Shown: positions 1-9,528 of the stretch, piece by piece
Layout: every line of letters begins with the position of its first letter
Position numbering within the stretch: the stretch's first letter is position 1
Origin: a bacterium
Lineage (GTDB): Bacteria; Bacillota_I; Bacilli_A; RFN20; CAG-826
Assembly: GCA_963611005.1 (NCBI GenBank)
Contig: CAVDQJ010000006.1
Location: forward strand, 1-29,178
Direction of reading: 5' to 3'
Length of the DNA stretch: 29,178 nucleotides
Program-made: the position numbers and the translations under genes
Notes under the pieces: model-generated
Databases searched by the model: none
Told to the model about the DNA's origin: nothing
The model's input: only the letters and a program-made list of their open reading frames with translations

Positions 1-2
1 GA

Positions 3-887
3 GTAACGGCTCCTTTATTTGTATTAAGTAAAACAGGTATTAATGATGATTTAAATGGAATAGAAAAGCCTGTAAATTTTGATATTGATTTAAATAATAA
101 AGATATTAATTTAGAAATAGTACACTCACTTGCTAAATGGAAAAGATTAAATATAGATAAATATGGTTTAAATGTTCATGAAGGAATATATACAGAGATG
201 AACGCAATTAGAAAAGATGAAGTAAGAGATAATTATCATTCTATTTATGTTGATCAATGGGATTATGAAGTTATTATTTCTAAAGAAGATAGAACTAAAG
301 AATTTTTAAAAGAATATGTTAAAAAGGTATATAAAATAATAAGACAAACTGAATTATATGTTGAAAAAGAATATAAAATACCACATGTTTTACCATCCAA
401 TATTAGTATTATTGAATCTGAAGATTTATTAAAATTATATCCAAAATTAAATCCAGATGAACGTGTTAAAAAATATGTTAAAGAACACAAAGCTGCTTTT
501 ATTTTAGGAATAGGTTATCCATTAAGTGATGGAGTTAAACAAGATGGAAGAGCACCAGATTATGATGATTGGAAATTAAATGGAGATATATTTGTATATA
601 ATCCAGTACTAGATGATGCGTTAGAACTTTCTTCAATGGGTATAAGAGTAGATAAGACTTCTTTAAAAGAGCAATCTAAATTCGATCATAAAGAAGGTAA
701 TTTAAAATTGATGTTCCAAAAGAAAGTTTTATCCGAAGAAGTACCTTTCACCCTTGGAGGAGGAATTGGTCAATCAAGAGTATGTATGTTTATGCTTAAG
801 AAATTACATATTGGTGAAGTACAATCAAGTGTTTGGGATCAAAAAACTATAGATTTCTTAAAAGATAAAGGAATAAATCTTTTATAA
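3..887 (+). CDS. asnA: Aspartate-ammonia ligase (asparagine synthetase A), 5'-truncated by the window edge
   Basis: The frame is open from position 3 (VTAPLFV...GINDDLNGIEKPV...EIVHSLAKWKR), upstream of the called ORF at 198. AsnA motifs HSIYVDQWDYE, DGRAPDYDDW, ELSSMGIRVD and GGGIGQSR..M..L.K.HIGEVQ are present. Confidence 0.95.
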   Translation, partial: VTAPLFVLSKTGINDDLNGIEKPVNFDIDLNNKDINLEIVHSLAKWKRLNIDKYGLNVHEGIYTEMNAIRKDEVRDNYHSIYVDQWDYEVIISKEDRTKEFLKEYVKKVYKIIRQTELYVEKEYKIPHVLPSNISIIESEDLLKLYPKLNPDERVKKYVKEHKAAFILGIGYPLSDGVKQDGRAPDYDDWKLNGDIFVYNPVLDDALELSSMGIRVDKTSLKEQSKFDHKEGNLKLMFQKKVLSEEVPFTLGGGIGQSRVCMFMLKKLHIGEVQSSVWDQKTIDFLKDKGINLL

Positions 888-906
888 AGTATAATTAAAT
901 TAATTT

Positions 907-933
907 TTAGCACTCAACTATTGCAAGTGCTAA
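907..933 (+). promoter_or_regulatory. CIRCE element (HrcA operator)
   Basis: TTAGCACTC-aactattgc-AAGTGCTAA matches consensus TTAGCACTC-N9-GAGTGCTAA with one mismatch. It lies directly upstream of a chaperone gene. Confidence 0.93.
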
Positions 934-949
934 AAAGTAGATTTATAAT
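921..949 (+). promoter_or_regulatory. sigma70/sigmaA promoter of htpG
   Basis: TTGCAA (921-926), 17 bp spacer, TATAAT (944-949). SD AGGAGG at 964-969 precedes ATG 979. Confidence 0.8.
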
Positions 950-978
950 ATATTTGATAATTTAGGAGGTTATCAAAT

Positions 979-2901
979 ATGAAAGAAACAAAAGAATTTC
1001 AAACAGAATCAAAACAATTATTAAATTTAATGATTAACTCCATATATACCAATAAAGAGATATTTTTACGTGAGTTAATCTCTAATGCTAGTGATGCTAT
1101 AGATAAGTATAAATATCTTCAACTTACTAGTGATGGAAAATTACCTGTAAAAGACTATCAAATTACTTTAAAAGTAAATAAAGAAGAACGTACTATTACT
1201 ATTTGCGATAATGGTATTGGTATGAATAAAAACGATTTAGTTAAAAACTTAGGTACTATTGCTTCAAGTGGAAGTAAAGCTTTTTTAAAGAAATTTAAAG
1301 ATGCAAAAGATAAAGAAGATTTAAATATAATTGGTCAATTTGGTGTAGGATTTTACAGTGCTTTTATGGTAGCAAGTAAAATTGAGGTAATCACTAAAAA
1401 AGATGATAAAGCATTTAAATTTACAAGCGATGGTATTAAAGAATATATAATCGAAGACGCAACTAAAGAAGATAGTGGTACAGAAATTAAATTATTCTTA
1501 AAAGGAAATAAAGATGATGAAGATTATTCTTTATTCTTAGAATATTATGTAATTGAAGATTTAGTTAAGAAATATAGCGATTATATTAGATATCCAATTA
1601 AAATGGATGAAATAGTTAAAGAACCTAAAAAAGATGATAAAGGTGAAGTAATTAAAGATGAATATGAAGAACATATCGAAACTAAAACTTTAAATAGTAT
1701 GATTCCTTTATGGAAAAAAGCTAAAAAAGACGTAACAGATAAAGATTTAAATGATTTTTATAAATCTAAATTCAATGATTATGAAGATCCATTTACATCA
1801 TTATTTATAAATGTTGATGGATTTGTTAAATATAATGCTTTAGTTTATATCCCTTCACATGCTCCATATAACTTATATAGTGAAAATTATGAAAAAGGAT
1901 TGGATTTATATTCTAAAGGAATATTTGTTAAAGAAAAATGTAAAGAATTAGTACCTGATTATCTTAAATTCTTAAAAGGTATTGTAGATAGTGATGATTT
2001 TGACTTAAATATTTCAAGAGAAATGCTTCAAGCTTCACCTGTTTTAAGAAAAATTCAAGATAATATCGAAAAGAAGGTTTTAGATAAATTAAAAGATATT
2101 AAAGAAAAAGAATATGATAAATATTTAGAATTCTTCAAACAATTTGGTGATCATTTAAAATATGCTATTTATGAATCTTATGGAGCTAGAAAAGAAAGTT
2201 TACAAGATTTATTAGTATTTAATTCATTAAATAATGAAAAGCCAATTTCTTTAAAAGAATATAAAGATAAATTAAAAGAAGGCCAAAAATACATATATTT
2301 TGCAAGTGGAAAGAGTTTAGATTATATCAAAATGCTTCCTCAAATTGAAAAATATAGAAAAGATGGTATCGACGTTTTATTACTTGATAAACGTATTGAT
2401 GAATTTACAATCATGATGCTTAGAGATTATGATAAAGTTGAATTTAAAAATATTAGTGATGAAGCAAGTAATGAATTAACAGATGAAGAAAAGAATAATC
2501 TTGATACATTAGTTGCAGAAAATAAACGTATTCTTGATGATATTAAAGAAAGTTTATCAGGAAAAGTTGATGAAGTTACATTCTCTACAAAATTAGTTGA
2601 TTCTCCTGTATGTATTACTACTAAAAATGGATTAAGTTTAAATATGGAAAATACATTAAAAGAAGAAGCTGAAGAAAATAACTTTACCGACAATAATGTA
2701 AAAGCTACTAAAGTATTAGAAATTAATCCTAATCATGAATTATTCAAAGCATTTGAAAAGATTAAAGAAGATGATGAAGCTATTAAAATGTATGGATCAA
2801 TTCTTTATGATGAAGCTATGATGCTTGAAGGTTATGAAGTAACTGATAAAAAAGAATTTGTTAAAAAACTTAATGAATTGATGATTAAATCAATTAAATA
2901 A
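979..2901 (+). CDS. htpG: Molecular chaperone HtpG (Hsp90)
   Basis: Motifs IYTNKEIFLRELISNASDA, DNGIGM, NLGTIASSG, IGQFGVGFYSAFMVA, LNISREMLQ and LEINPNH; 640 aa. Confidence 0.97.
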   Translation: MKETKEFQTESKQLLNLMINSIYTNKEIFLRELISNASDAIDKYKYLQLTSDGKLPVKDYQITLKVNKEERTITICDNGIGMNKNDLVKNLGTIASSGSKAFLKKFKDAKDKEDLNIIGQFGVGFYSAFMVASKIEVITKKDDKAFKFTSDGIKEYIIEDATKEDSGTEIKLFLKGNKDDEDYSLFLEYYVIEDLVKKYSDYIRYPIKMDEIVKEPKKDDKGEVIKDEYEEHIETKTLNSMIPLWKKAKKDVTDKDLNDFYKSKFNDYEDPFTSLFINVDGFVKYNALVYIPSHAPYNLYSENYEKGLDLYSKGIFVKEKCKELVPDYLKFLKGIVDSDDFDLNISREMLQASPVLRKIQDNIEKKVLDKLKDIKEKEYDKYLEFFKQFGDHLKYAIYESYGARKESLQDLLVFNSLNNEKPISLKEYKDKLKEGQKYIYFASGKSLDYIKMLPQIEKYRKDGIDVLLLDKRIDEFTIMMLRDYDKVEFKNISDEASNELTDEEKNNLDTLVAENKRILDDIKESLSGKVDEVTFSTKLVDSPVCITTKNGLSLNMENTLKEEAEENNFTDNNVKATKVLEINPNHELFKAFEKIKEDDEAIKMYGSILYDEAMMLEGYEVTDKKEFVKKLNELMIKSIK

Positions 2902-2905
2902 ATTT

Positions 2906-2933
2906 AAAGCCAGGAGTAAATCTCCTGGTTTTT
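2906..2933 (+). terminator. Rho-independent terminator after htpG
   Basis: CCAGGAG-taaat-CTCCTGG hairpin followed by TTTTT. Confidence 0.88.
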
Positions 2934-2935
2934 AA

Positions 2936-2964
2936 TTGAAAAAGATTTGAGTTATATTTAAAAT
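2936..2964 (+). promoter_or_regulatory. Putative sigmaA promoter of the cat-like gene
   Basis: TTGAAA (2936-2941), 17 bp, TAAAAT (2959-2964), ending 8 nt before ATG 2973. No SD is present. Confidence 0.55.
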
Positions 2965-2972
2965 ATTTAAGT

Positions 2973-3620
2973 ATGTATAAAGTAATTGATTTAAAAACTT
3001 ATCCTAAAAGAAAGCAATATAATTGGTTTTCAACTTTTTCTAATCCTTGTTATGGAATAGATGTAGAAATAGATGTTACTAATCTTGTTAAATATAGTAA
3101 AGAAACAAATACATCCTTTTTTATTAATTTTTTATATTTAGTAAATAAATCTATGAATTCTGTTGATGAATTAAGATTAAGAGTAGTAAATAATGAAGTT
3201 AGATTATATGATGTAATTAATCCAGCATTTACTGTTATGACTTCTTCTAAAGTATTTGAAAATGCAGTAAGTAAATGGGATGATAATTTCATCGAGTTTT
3301 ATAAAAACACTAAGGAAATCATAGAGAAAATTAAAAATCAAGATGAAGTAAATGAAAAATATAATGATAAAAATAATTACGATTATTATTATATGACTTG
3401 TTTACCTTGGCTTGATTATAAAGCGATGTGTCATCCTATTCCTAGTGGAGATGTTGAATCTTGCTCAGTTCCTAGGGTTTGTTGGGGTAAATATACTTTA
3501 AAAGATAACAAGTATGTATTACTTTTAAATATTACAGTTTCTCATGCTCTTGTTGATGGATATCCATTATCACAAGCTTTTAAGGCTGTTCAAGATAATG
3601 TTGATAAGCTAAATTTTTAA
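2973..3620 (+). CDS. CatA-like O-acetyltransferase (chloramphenicol acetyltransferase type A family)
   Basis: 215 aa. N-terminal IDL..YP.RK.Y..F, internal TCLPWLDY and PRVCWGKY, and C-terminal VSHALVDGY matching the CAT active-site H-x-x-x-D-G motif. Substrate is not demonstrable from sequence. Confidence 0.85.
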   Translation: MYKVIDLKTYPKRKQYNWFSTFSNPCYGIDVEIDVTNLVKYSKETNTSFFINFLYLVNKSMNSVDELRLRVVNNEVRLYDVINPAFTVMTSSKVFENAVSKWDDNFIEFYKNTKEIIEKIKNQDEVNEKYNDKNNYDYYYMTCLPWLDYKAMCHPIPSGDVESCSVPRVCWGKYTLKDNKYVLLLNITVSHALVDGYPLSQAFKAVQDNVDKLNF

Positions 3621-3750
3621 TAAAAATATTTGCATATAAATTTTATATTAAAATTTAATATCTTTCTTTAAATGGTGTGTTTTAATTTGGTAAAATAATT
3701 GTAATTAGTTGTTAAAAAAAGTTTACTAATTTTAAATAAGGAGATTTTTT

Positions 3751-5370
3751 ATGGAAAATAAAAAACAAATGAAGTTTATATTTGTTACTGGTGGTGTTGT
3801 TTCTAGTTTAGGAAAAGGAATTTCAGCTGCATCAATTGGTAGGTTATTAAAAAGAAGAGGTTTAAATATCTTTTCAATGAAGCTTGATCCATATTTAAAT
3901 TACGATCCAGGTACAATGTCTCCTTATCAACATGGTGAAGTTTTTGTTACTCAAGATGGTGCTGAAACTGACTTAGATTTAGGGCACTATGAAAGAATTA
4001 TTAACACTTCTTTAACTAAAGAAAGTAGTGTTACAAGTGGTAAAGTCTATTCAACAGTTATTGAAAAAGAAAGAAGTGGTGCTTATTTAGGAGCAACCGT
4101 TCAAATTATTCCTCATATCACAGATGAAATTAAAAGAAGATTAATTGAAGGTTTTAAAGCAAAAGGAGATACAGATGTTTGTATTGTTGAAATCGGTGGT
4201 ACTGTTGGTGATATTGAATCTCTTCCATTTTTAGAAGCTATTAGACAAATGAGAAGGGATTTAGGCTATGAAAATACTTTCTTTGTCCATAATACATTAG
4301 TTCCTTATTTAAAAACTACAGGTGAAATTAAAACAAAACCTACTCAACATAGCGTTAAAGAAATTACAGGTTTAGGTATTCAACCAGATGCTTTATTACT
4401 TAGATGCGAAATCCATGTTGATAAAAAGAGTAGACAAAAAGTAGCTTTATTTTGCAATGTTAGTGATAATGCTGTTATTTCTGTTGAAGATGCTAATATT
4501 ATTTATGAAGTTGCATTAAATTTACAAAAACAACATTTAGATGATTTAATCGTTGATCATTTAAGACTTAATTGTAAAGATCATGCTGATATGAGTGATT
4601 GGGTTGAATTAATTAATAAAATTAAAAAGATTAAGAAAGAAGTTACTATTGGTTTAGTTGGAAAATATGTTTCTTTACACGATGCTTATATTTCAGTTTA
4701 TGAATCTTTAAAATTTGCTGGATATAAATATGATACTAAAGTTAATGTTAAATGGATTGATAGTGAAAATTTAACTAAAGATAATTTAGAAGAAGAATTA
4801 AAAGGTTGTAAAGGTATTATAGTTCCTGGAGGTTTTGGTGTAAGAGGAACTGAAGGTAAAATGCTAGCAATTGAATATGCTAGAGTTAATAAAATACCTT
4901 ATTTAGGCTTATGTTTAGGTATGCAATTAGCATTAATTGAATTTGCAAATCATGTTTTAAATTTAAAAGGTGCTAATTCAACAGAGTTTGATGAAAATAC
5001 AAAATATAAAATTATTGATTATTTACCAGAACAATATAAAGGTATTAAAATGGGCGGTACATTAAGACTTGGTAATTATGATTGTAAATTATTAGAAAAT
5101 AGTAGAGCTCATGAATTATATGGAAAAGATTTAATTCAAGAAAGACATAGACATAGATATGAATTTAATAATGAATATAAATCGTTATTTGAAGAAAAAG
5201 GAGTGGTTTTTAGTGGGGTTAATCCACAAACTCATCTTTGTGAGTTAATAGAATTAAAAGATCATCCATTCTTTATGGCATGTCAATATCATCCAGAATT
5301 TAAATCAAGACCTTTAGACCCACACCCATTATTTGCAGGTTTTATAGAAGCGAGTTTAAAAAATGAATAA
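3751..5370 (+). CDS. pyrG: CTP synthase
   Basis: [38 protein letters not shown], glutaminase [15 protein letters not shown] and QYHPEF. SD AAGGAG upstream. Confidence 0.98.
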   Translation: MENKKQMKFIFVTGGVVSSLGKGISAASIGRLLKRRGLNIFSMKLDPYLNYDPGTMSPYQHGEVFVTQDGAETDLDLGHYERIINTSLTKESSVTSGKVYSTVIEKERSGAYLGATVQIIPHITDEIKRRLIEGFKAKGDTDVCIVEIGGTVGDIESLPFLEAIRQMRRDLGYENTFFVHNTLVPYLKTTGEIKTKPTQHSVKEITGLGIQPDALLLRCEIHVDKKSRQKVALFCNVSDNAVISVEDANIIYEVALNLQKQHLDDLIVDHLRLNCKDHADMSDWVELINKIKKIKKEVTIGLVGKYVSLHDAYISVYESLKFAGYKYDTKVNVKWIDSENLTKDNLEEELKGCKGIIVPGGFGVRGTEGKMLAIEYARVNKIPYLGLCLGMQLALIEFANHVLNLKGANSTEFDENTKYKIIDYLPEQYKGIKMGGTLRLGNYDCKLLENSRAHELYGKDLIQERHRHRYEFNNEYKSLFEEKGVVFSGVNPQTHLCELIELKDHPFFMACQYHPEFKSRPLDPHPLFAGFIEASLKNE

Positions 5371-6298
5371 GAATTATAAACAAAATTTAAAAGTAAGAAA
5401 TATTAAAGAAACACCTAATAAATTTATTAATAAAGACAATAAAGAATTTGTAGTTAAACATAATTCGACTTTATTAGATTATTTGATGAACGATTTAAAG
5501 TATTCAAGAAACAATGCTAAAAATTTCTTATCTCATCATTTAATTGCTATAAATGGAGTACCTGTTTCACAATTTGATTATTCTATTGTTAAAGGTGATT
5601 CTTTAATTGTAGCAAAACATCCTATTAGAAAGAAAAAACGTAGTGATTTGCCTATAATTTATGAAGATGAATACATTATTGCTATTGATAAACCATATGG
5701 ATTATTATCTGTTGCTAGCGATAAAGAAAAGAATTCCACAGCATTTAGAATGGTTAGTGAATATCTTCAAGAAAAAGATAAACACGCAAGAATTTATGTA
5801 GTTCATAGAATCGATAAAGAAACTAGTGGTGTTTTAATTTTTGCTAAAAACGAAAAGATTAAGGATTTATTTCAAGATAATTGGAATGAATTAGTTAAAA
5901 AAAGAGGATATTATGCGGTTTGTGAAGGCATATTTACAAAAAAAGAAGATACTATTACAAATTATTTAAAGATGAACAATTTAAATTTGATGTATATTTC
6001 TAAACCTGGAAAAGATGCATATAAATGTATAACTAGTTATAAAGTCATTAAGGAAAATAAAAAATACAGTATGGTAGATGTTAATATTTTCACAGGTAGA
6101 AAGAACCAAATTAGAGTTACTTTAGGTAGTTTGGGACATTATATTTTAGGTGATGATAAGTATGGTGAACCTGAAAATCCTGTTAATAGATTGTGTTTAC
6201 ATGCTTATGAATTAGACATTATTAATCCAATAACTAAAAAAGAATACAAATTAGTTGCTAAAGTACCAAATATTTTTAACGATTTATTAAAAAAATAG
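5363..6298 (+). CDS. RluA/RluD-family 23S rRNA pseudouridine synthase with N-terminal S4-like region
   Basis: [17 protein letters not shown], catalytic [27 protein letters not shown] and RLCLHAY. Confidence 0.92.
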   Translation: MNKNYKQNLKVRNIKETPNKFINKDNKEFVVKHNSTLLDYLMNDLKYSRNNAKNFLSHHLIAINGVPVSQFDYSIVKGDSLIVAKHPIRKKKRSDLPIIYEDEYIIAIDKPYGLLSVASDKEKNSTAFRMVSEYLQEKDKHARIYVVHRIDKETSGVLIFAKNEKIKDLFQDNWNELVKKRGYYAVCEGIFTKKEDTITNYLKMNNLNLMYISKPGKDAYKCITSYKVIKENKKYSMVDVNIFTGRKNQIRVTLGSLGHYILGDDKYGEPENPVNRLCLHAYELDIINPITKKEYKLVAKVPNIFNDLLKK

Positions 6299-6314
6299 AT
6301 TATAATTTTAACAT

Positions 6315-7958
6315 ATGTTAAAGCATTTTAAAGATAAGTTATTAGAGACGCTCATTTCAATACTTCCAATGGTAGCAATACTAACCATTATTTTTTTAGT
6401 TAGCTATTTTAATCCTAGTGCATTTGGTGGTATTGATAAGGATGGAAATAATGTTCCTTTAATTAGTTTATCAACTTATCTTCCTTTCTTAATTTGCTCA
6501 TTTACTTTAGTTATAGGAAGTGCTTTATTCCAATTAGGTGCTGATAATGCATTGAGTAAAGTTGGTGGAGAAATCGGTGCTCATATTACCAAAAAAGGGT
6601 CTATTATCTTACTTGTTTTAATTACTACAGCATTAGGTGTTTTAATTTCTATTGCTGAACCAGATTTGACTGTTTTTGGTGATATTATTGGACCTCAAAT
6701 AAATAAGACGTTCGGTACATGGATTGTTAAACTTGTAGCTGGATTAGGTGTTGGTGTTTTATTATCAATTGGTTTAGTTAGAATTATTCTTCAAAAATCT
6801 ATAAAAATAGTATTTTTAGCAGGATATGTATTGATATTTGCTTTAGCTTGTTTCTTTGGACCTACTGAAGGTCAAGCATTTTTATCAATCGCTTATGATA
6901 CAAGCGGAGTTACTACTGGACCTGCAACTGTTCCTTTTGTTATTGCGTTTGGTGCAGCTGTTGCTAGTGCTCGTGGTGGTAAAGATATCGCCAGTGACTC
7001 TTTTGGTTTAAGCGGAATTATGTCTTTAGGTCCTGTTGCTACAATGCTTATTTTATGTCTTGTAGTAAAACCTGAAGCTAATGTTGGAAATATTGAAGTT
7101 TTAACATGGCAACAACAAATTAATAATGGAATTTTTGTTGAAATGATTGGTGAAGTTTTTATGGGTGTAGGCCCTTTACTTTTATTTTTCTTAATTTATA
7201 ATTTTGTATTCTTAAAATTAAATAAAAAGATGTTATTTAATATATTATTAGGATTTGCATATACAATCGTTGGACTTTATATATTTTTAGTTAGTGCATC
7301 TTTAGGATTTAAAGGATTAGGTCTTGAACTTGGTGAAACAATTGGATCTAATGGTGCTGCTGCTAACGGAAATAGATTAATGTTATATCTTTTCCCTGCA
7401 CTTGGTTTATTAACTGGTATAATGATTGTTTTAGGTGAACCATCTATTTCTATTTTAACTACTCAAGTAGAAGAAATTAGTGGTGGTATTATTAAGAAAA
7501 GAATAATGAGTGTTACACTTGCTTTAGGTGTTGGTTTAGCAATTGCATTAGAATTATGTAGAAATGTATTCTGGGGCGGGTTCTCAAGCTATTATTTATT
7601 TGTACCAATTTATTTATTAGCTATTTTATTAATGTTCTTTATACCTGATATATATACATCAATTGCATTTGATAGTGGTGGTATCGCAAGTGGAACAATT
7701 TCTGTCTGTTTTGTTTTACCATTAGTTATTGGTATGTTTAGATCTATGTATCCACATGATAATACAGCATTTGCTAACTACAATGGATTTGGTGTTATTG
7801 GTATGGTTAGTGCTTTACCTATTGTTTGTATTGAGGCTTTAGGTTTATTAGCTAAAATTCAAGGCAGTATTATTCAAAAACAAGCAAGAGCAAGAGTTTA
7901 CGAATACGAAGATGTTCAAATTATACATTTTGAGGATGATTTAAATGGGAATATTTAA
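6315..7958 (+). CDS. DUF1538-family polytopic membrane protein (two fused homologous halves)
   Basis: Many hydrophobic segments. Duplicated motif pairs IAEPDL / LGEPSI and AYDTSGVTTGPATVPF / AFDSGGIASGTISVCF are typical of DUF1538 as I recall the family. Confidence 0.85.
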   Translation: MLKHFKDKLLETLISILPMVAILTIIFLVSYFNPSAFGGIDKDGNNVPLISLSTYLPFLICSFTLVIGSALFQLGADNALSKVGGEIGAHITKKGSIILLVLITTALGVLISIAEPDLTVFGDIIGPQINKTFGTWIVKLVAGLGVGVLLSIGLVRIILQKSIKIVFLAGYVLIFALACFFGPTEGQAFLSIAYDTSGVTTGPATVPFVIAFGAAVASARGGKDIASDSFGLSGIMSLGPVATMLILCLVVKPEANVGNIEVLTWQQQINNGIFVEMIGEVFMGVGPLLLFFLIYNFVFLKLNKKMLFNILLGFAYTIVGLYIFLVSASLGFKGLGLELGETIGSNGAAANGNRLMLYLFPALGLLTGIMIVLGEPSISILTTQVEEISGGIIKKRIMSVTLALGVGLAIALELCRNVFWGGFSSYYLFVPIYLLAILLMFFIPDIYTSIAFDSGGIASGTISVCFVLPLVIGMFRSMYPHDNTAFANYNGFGVIGMVSALPIVCIEALGLLAKIQGSIIQKQARARVYEYEDVQIIHFEDDLNGNI

Positions 7959-8370
7959 GAAAAAGAAAAAAGAAAAGGTTGAAAAAGTTAAAAATATTAA
8001 CGAAAAACCATTTGAAGAGACAAACAAAGTTGAAAAACTTAAACTTTTATGTGTTATCGTTAATCGTAATCAAGGTCAATTTTTTGTCAATCAGTTTTTA
8101 GATAATGATATCGCTTGTGCTTTTGATGTTTACGGAAGAGGAACAGCGCCTAGAGAAATTTATGATATCATTGGTATGAATGATAATAAAAAGGATTTGG
8201 TCATAGCATTAATTAAAGCTAGTGATATTGAAAAGATAAATAAAATTATTCAAACTAGATTTAATGTATCAAAACAAGCAAAAGGAATATCGTTTACAAT
8301 TCCAATTGATTCAATGGCAGGAGTTGTAATGTATAAATTTTTAACTAATAATAGAGAAAGGAGAGGCTAA
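7945..8370 (+). CDS. PII-like (GlnB superfamily) protein 1
   Basis: KLLCVIVNR...GRGTA...KKDLVIALI...KGISFTIPIDSMAG pattern with a lysine-rich N-terminal extension. Overlaps the DUF1538 stop; GAGG SD upstream. Confidence 0.75.
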   Translation: MGIFKKKKKEKVEKVKNINEKPFEETNKVEKLKLLCVIVNRNQGQFFVNQFLDNDIACAFDVYGRGTAPREIYDIIGMNDNKKDLVIALIKASDIEKINKIIQTRFNVSKQAKGISFTIPIDSMAGVVMYKFLTNNRERRG

Positions 8371-8371
8371 T

Positions 8372-8716
8372 ATGGATAACAAAGGTGAATTAATAATTGC
8401 TATAGTAAATAAAGGTTATAGTGACCTTGTTATGGCTGCAGCTATTAAAGGTGGAGCAAGAGGTGGAACTATTTTTAATGCTCATGGTACTGGAAATCCA
8501 GAGATGGAAAAATTCTTTGGTGTTCCAATTCATCCAGAAAAAGAAATGGTTTTTATTATTGTTGCAAAAGAAATTAAAGATAAATGTTTATTAAATATTT
8601 ACCAAGATGCTGGTCTTGAAAGTAAGGGTCAAGGTATTGCTTTCTCTTTACCTGTTGAAGATATGGTTGGTTTTACTCCAATACAAAAAGAAGAGAAGAA
8701 AGAAGAAACTAAATAG
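8372..8716 (+). CDS. PII-like (GlnB superfamily) protein 2
   Basis: LIIAIVNKG...VMAAA..GGARGGTIFNAHGTG...EKEMVFIIV...GQGIAFSLPVEDMVG. SD AAGGAGAGG upstream. Confidence 0.85.
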   Translation: MDNKGELIIAIVNKGYSDLVMAAAIKGGARGGTIFNAHGTGNPEMEKFFGVPIHPEKEMVFIIVAKEIKDKCLLNIYQDAGLESKGQGIAFSLPVEDMVGFTPIQKEEKKEETK

Positions 8717-9527
8717 AATAATAAATCTTCTTTACTACGTTCTTATTAATTTTTAATAATAAAGAAACTGAATTAATGGCGTCTTTTCCAGAGATGCCAT
8801 TTTTTATTAATAAATTTAAATTTTCTTTAATTTGATTTTCATCAATTGTATCTTGAGAAAGGTTATTCCCTTCAACAACTAAAACCATTTCTCCAATTAA
8901 TTCTTTTGGATTATCGTTTATTGTTTTTAAATCAGTACGTATAAATTCTTCGTGAAGTTTTGTTAATTCTCTAGCAATTGTTATTTTTCTATTACCTAAA
9001 ACATCATAAAGGTCTTTTAAAGTTTCGTTAATTCTATGTGGAGATTCATAAAAAAGTAGTGTAAATCCTAACTCTTTTAATGATTCTAATTCTTTAATTC
9101 TTTCAGAGCTTTTAGATTTTAAAAAGCCATAAAATAAGAAATGCGAAGCATCTAATCCGCTTGCAACAAGTGCGTTTATAAAAGCATTAGGGCCACTAAT
9201 AGGAGTCACAGTAATGTCGTTTTTTATAGCTTCTTCAGCAAGGATTGCACCTGGATCTGAAATGCAAGGATAGCCTGCATCAGACATATATCCAACATTT
9301 TTACCATTTAAAATATCTTCAATTATTTTGTTAGATTCTGATTTTTCGTTGTGTTCATGACAAGAAACACATTTCTTTTTAATATATAAAAGATTCAATA
9401 GTTTTGTGGTATTTCTTGTATCTTCACAAGCTATATAATCGCAATTTAAAATAGTTTCTTTGATTCTTGGAGAAACTTCTTGAAGATTGCCAATAGGTGA
9501 AGGAATTAAAAAGAGTGAGCCTTTCAT
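8709..9527 (-). CDS. rsmI: 16S rRNA (cytidine-1402 2'-O)-methyltransferase
   Basis: LFLIPSPIGNL, IACEDTR, SDAGYPCISDPG, FYESPHRI and ARELTKLHEE. I moved the start to ATG 9527 (MKGSLFLI), which abuts the upstream stop. Confidence 0.95.
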   Translation of the reverse strand: MKGSLFLIPSPIGNLQEVSPRIKETILNCDYIACEDTRNTTKLLNLLYIKKKCVSCHEHNEKSESNKIIEDILNGKNVGYMSDAGYPCISDPGAILAEEAIKNDITVTPISGPNAFINALVASGLDASHFLFYGFLKSKSSERIKELESLKELGFTLLFYESPHRINETLKDLYDVLGNRKITIARELTKLHEEFIRTDLKTINDNPKELIGEMVLVVEGNNLSQDTIDENQIKENLNLLIKNGISGKDAINSVSLLLKINKNVVKKIYYSI

Positions 9528-9528
9528 A

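Noticed and set aside
3621..3750. pyrG reiterative-transcription attenuator (GGGC leader plus terminator, as in B. subtilis)
   Set aside because: No GGGC start or GC-rich terminator hairpin is visible. Only a possible TGgTAAAAT extended -10 at 3688-3696.
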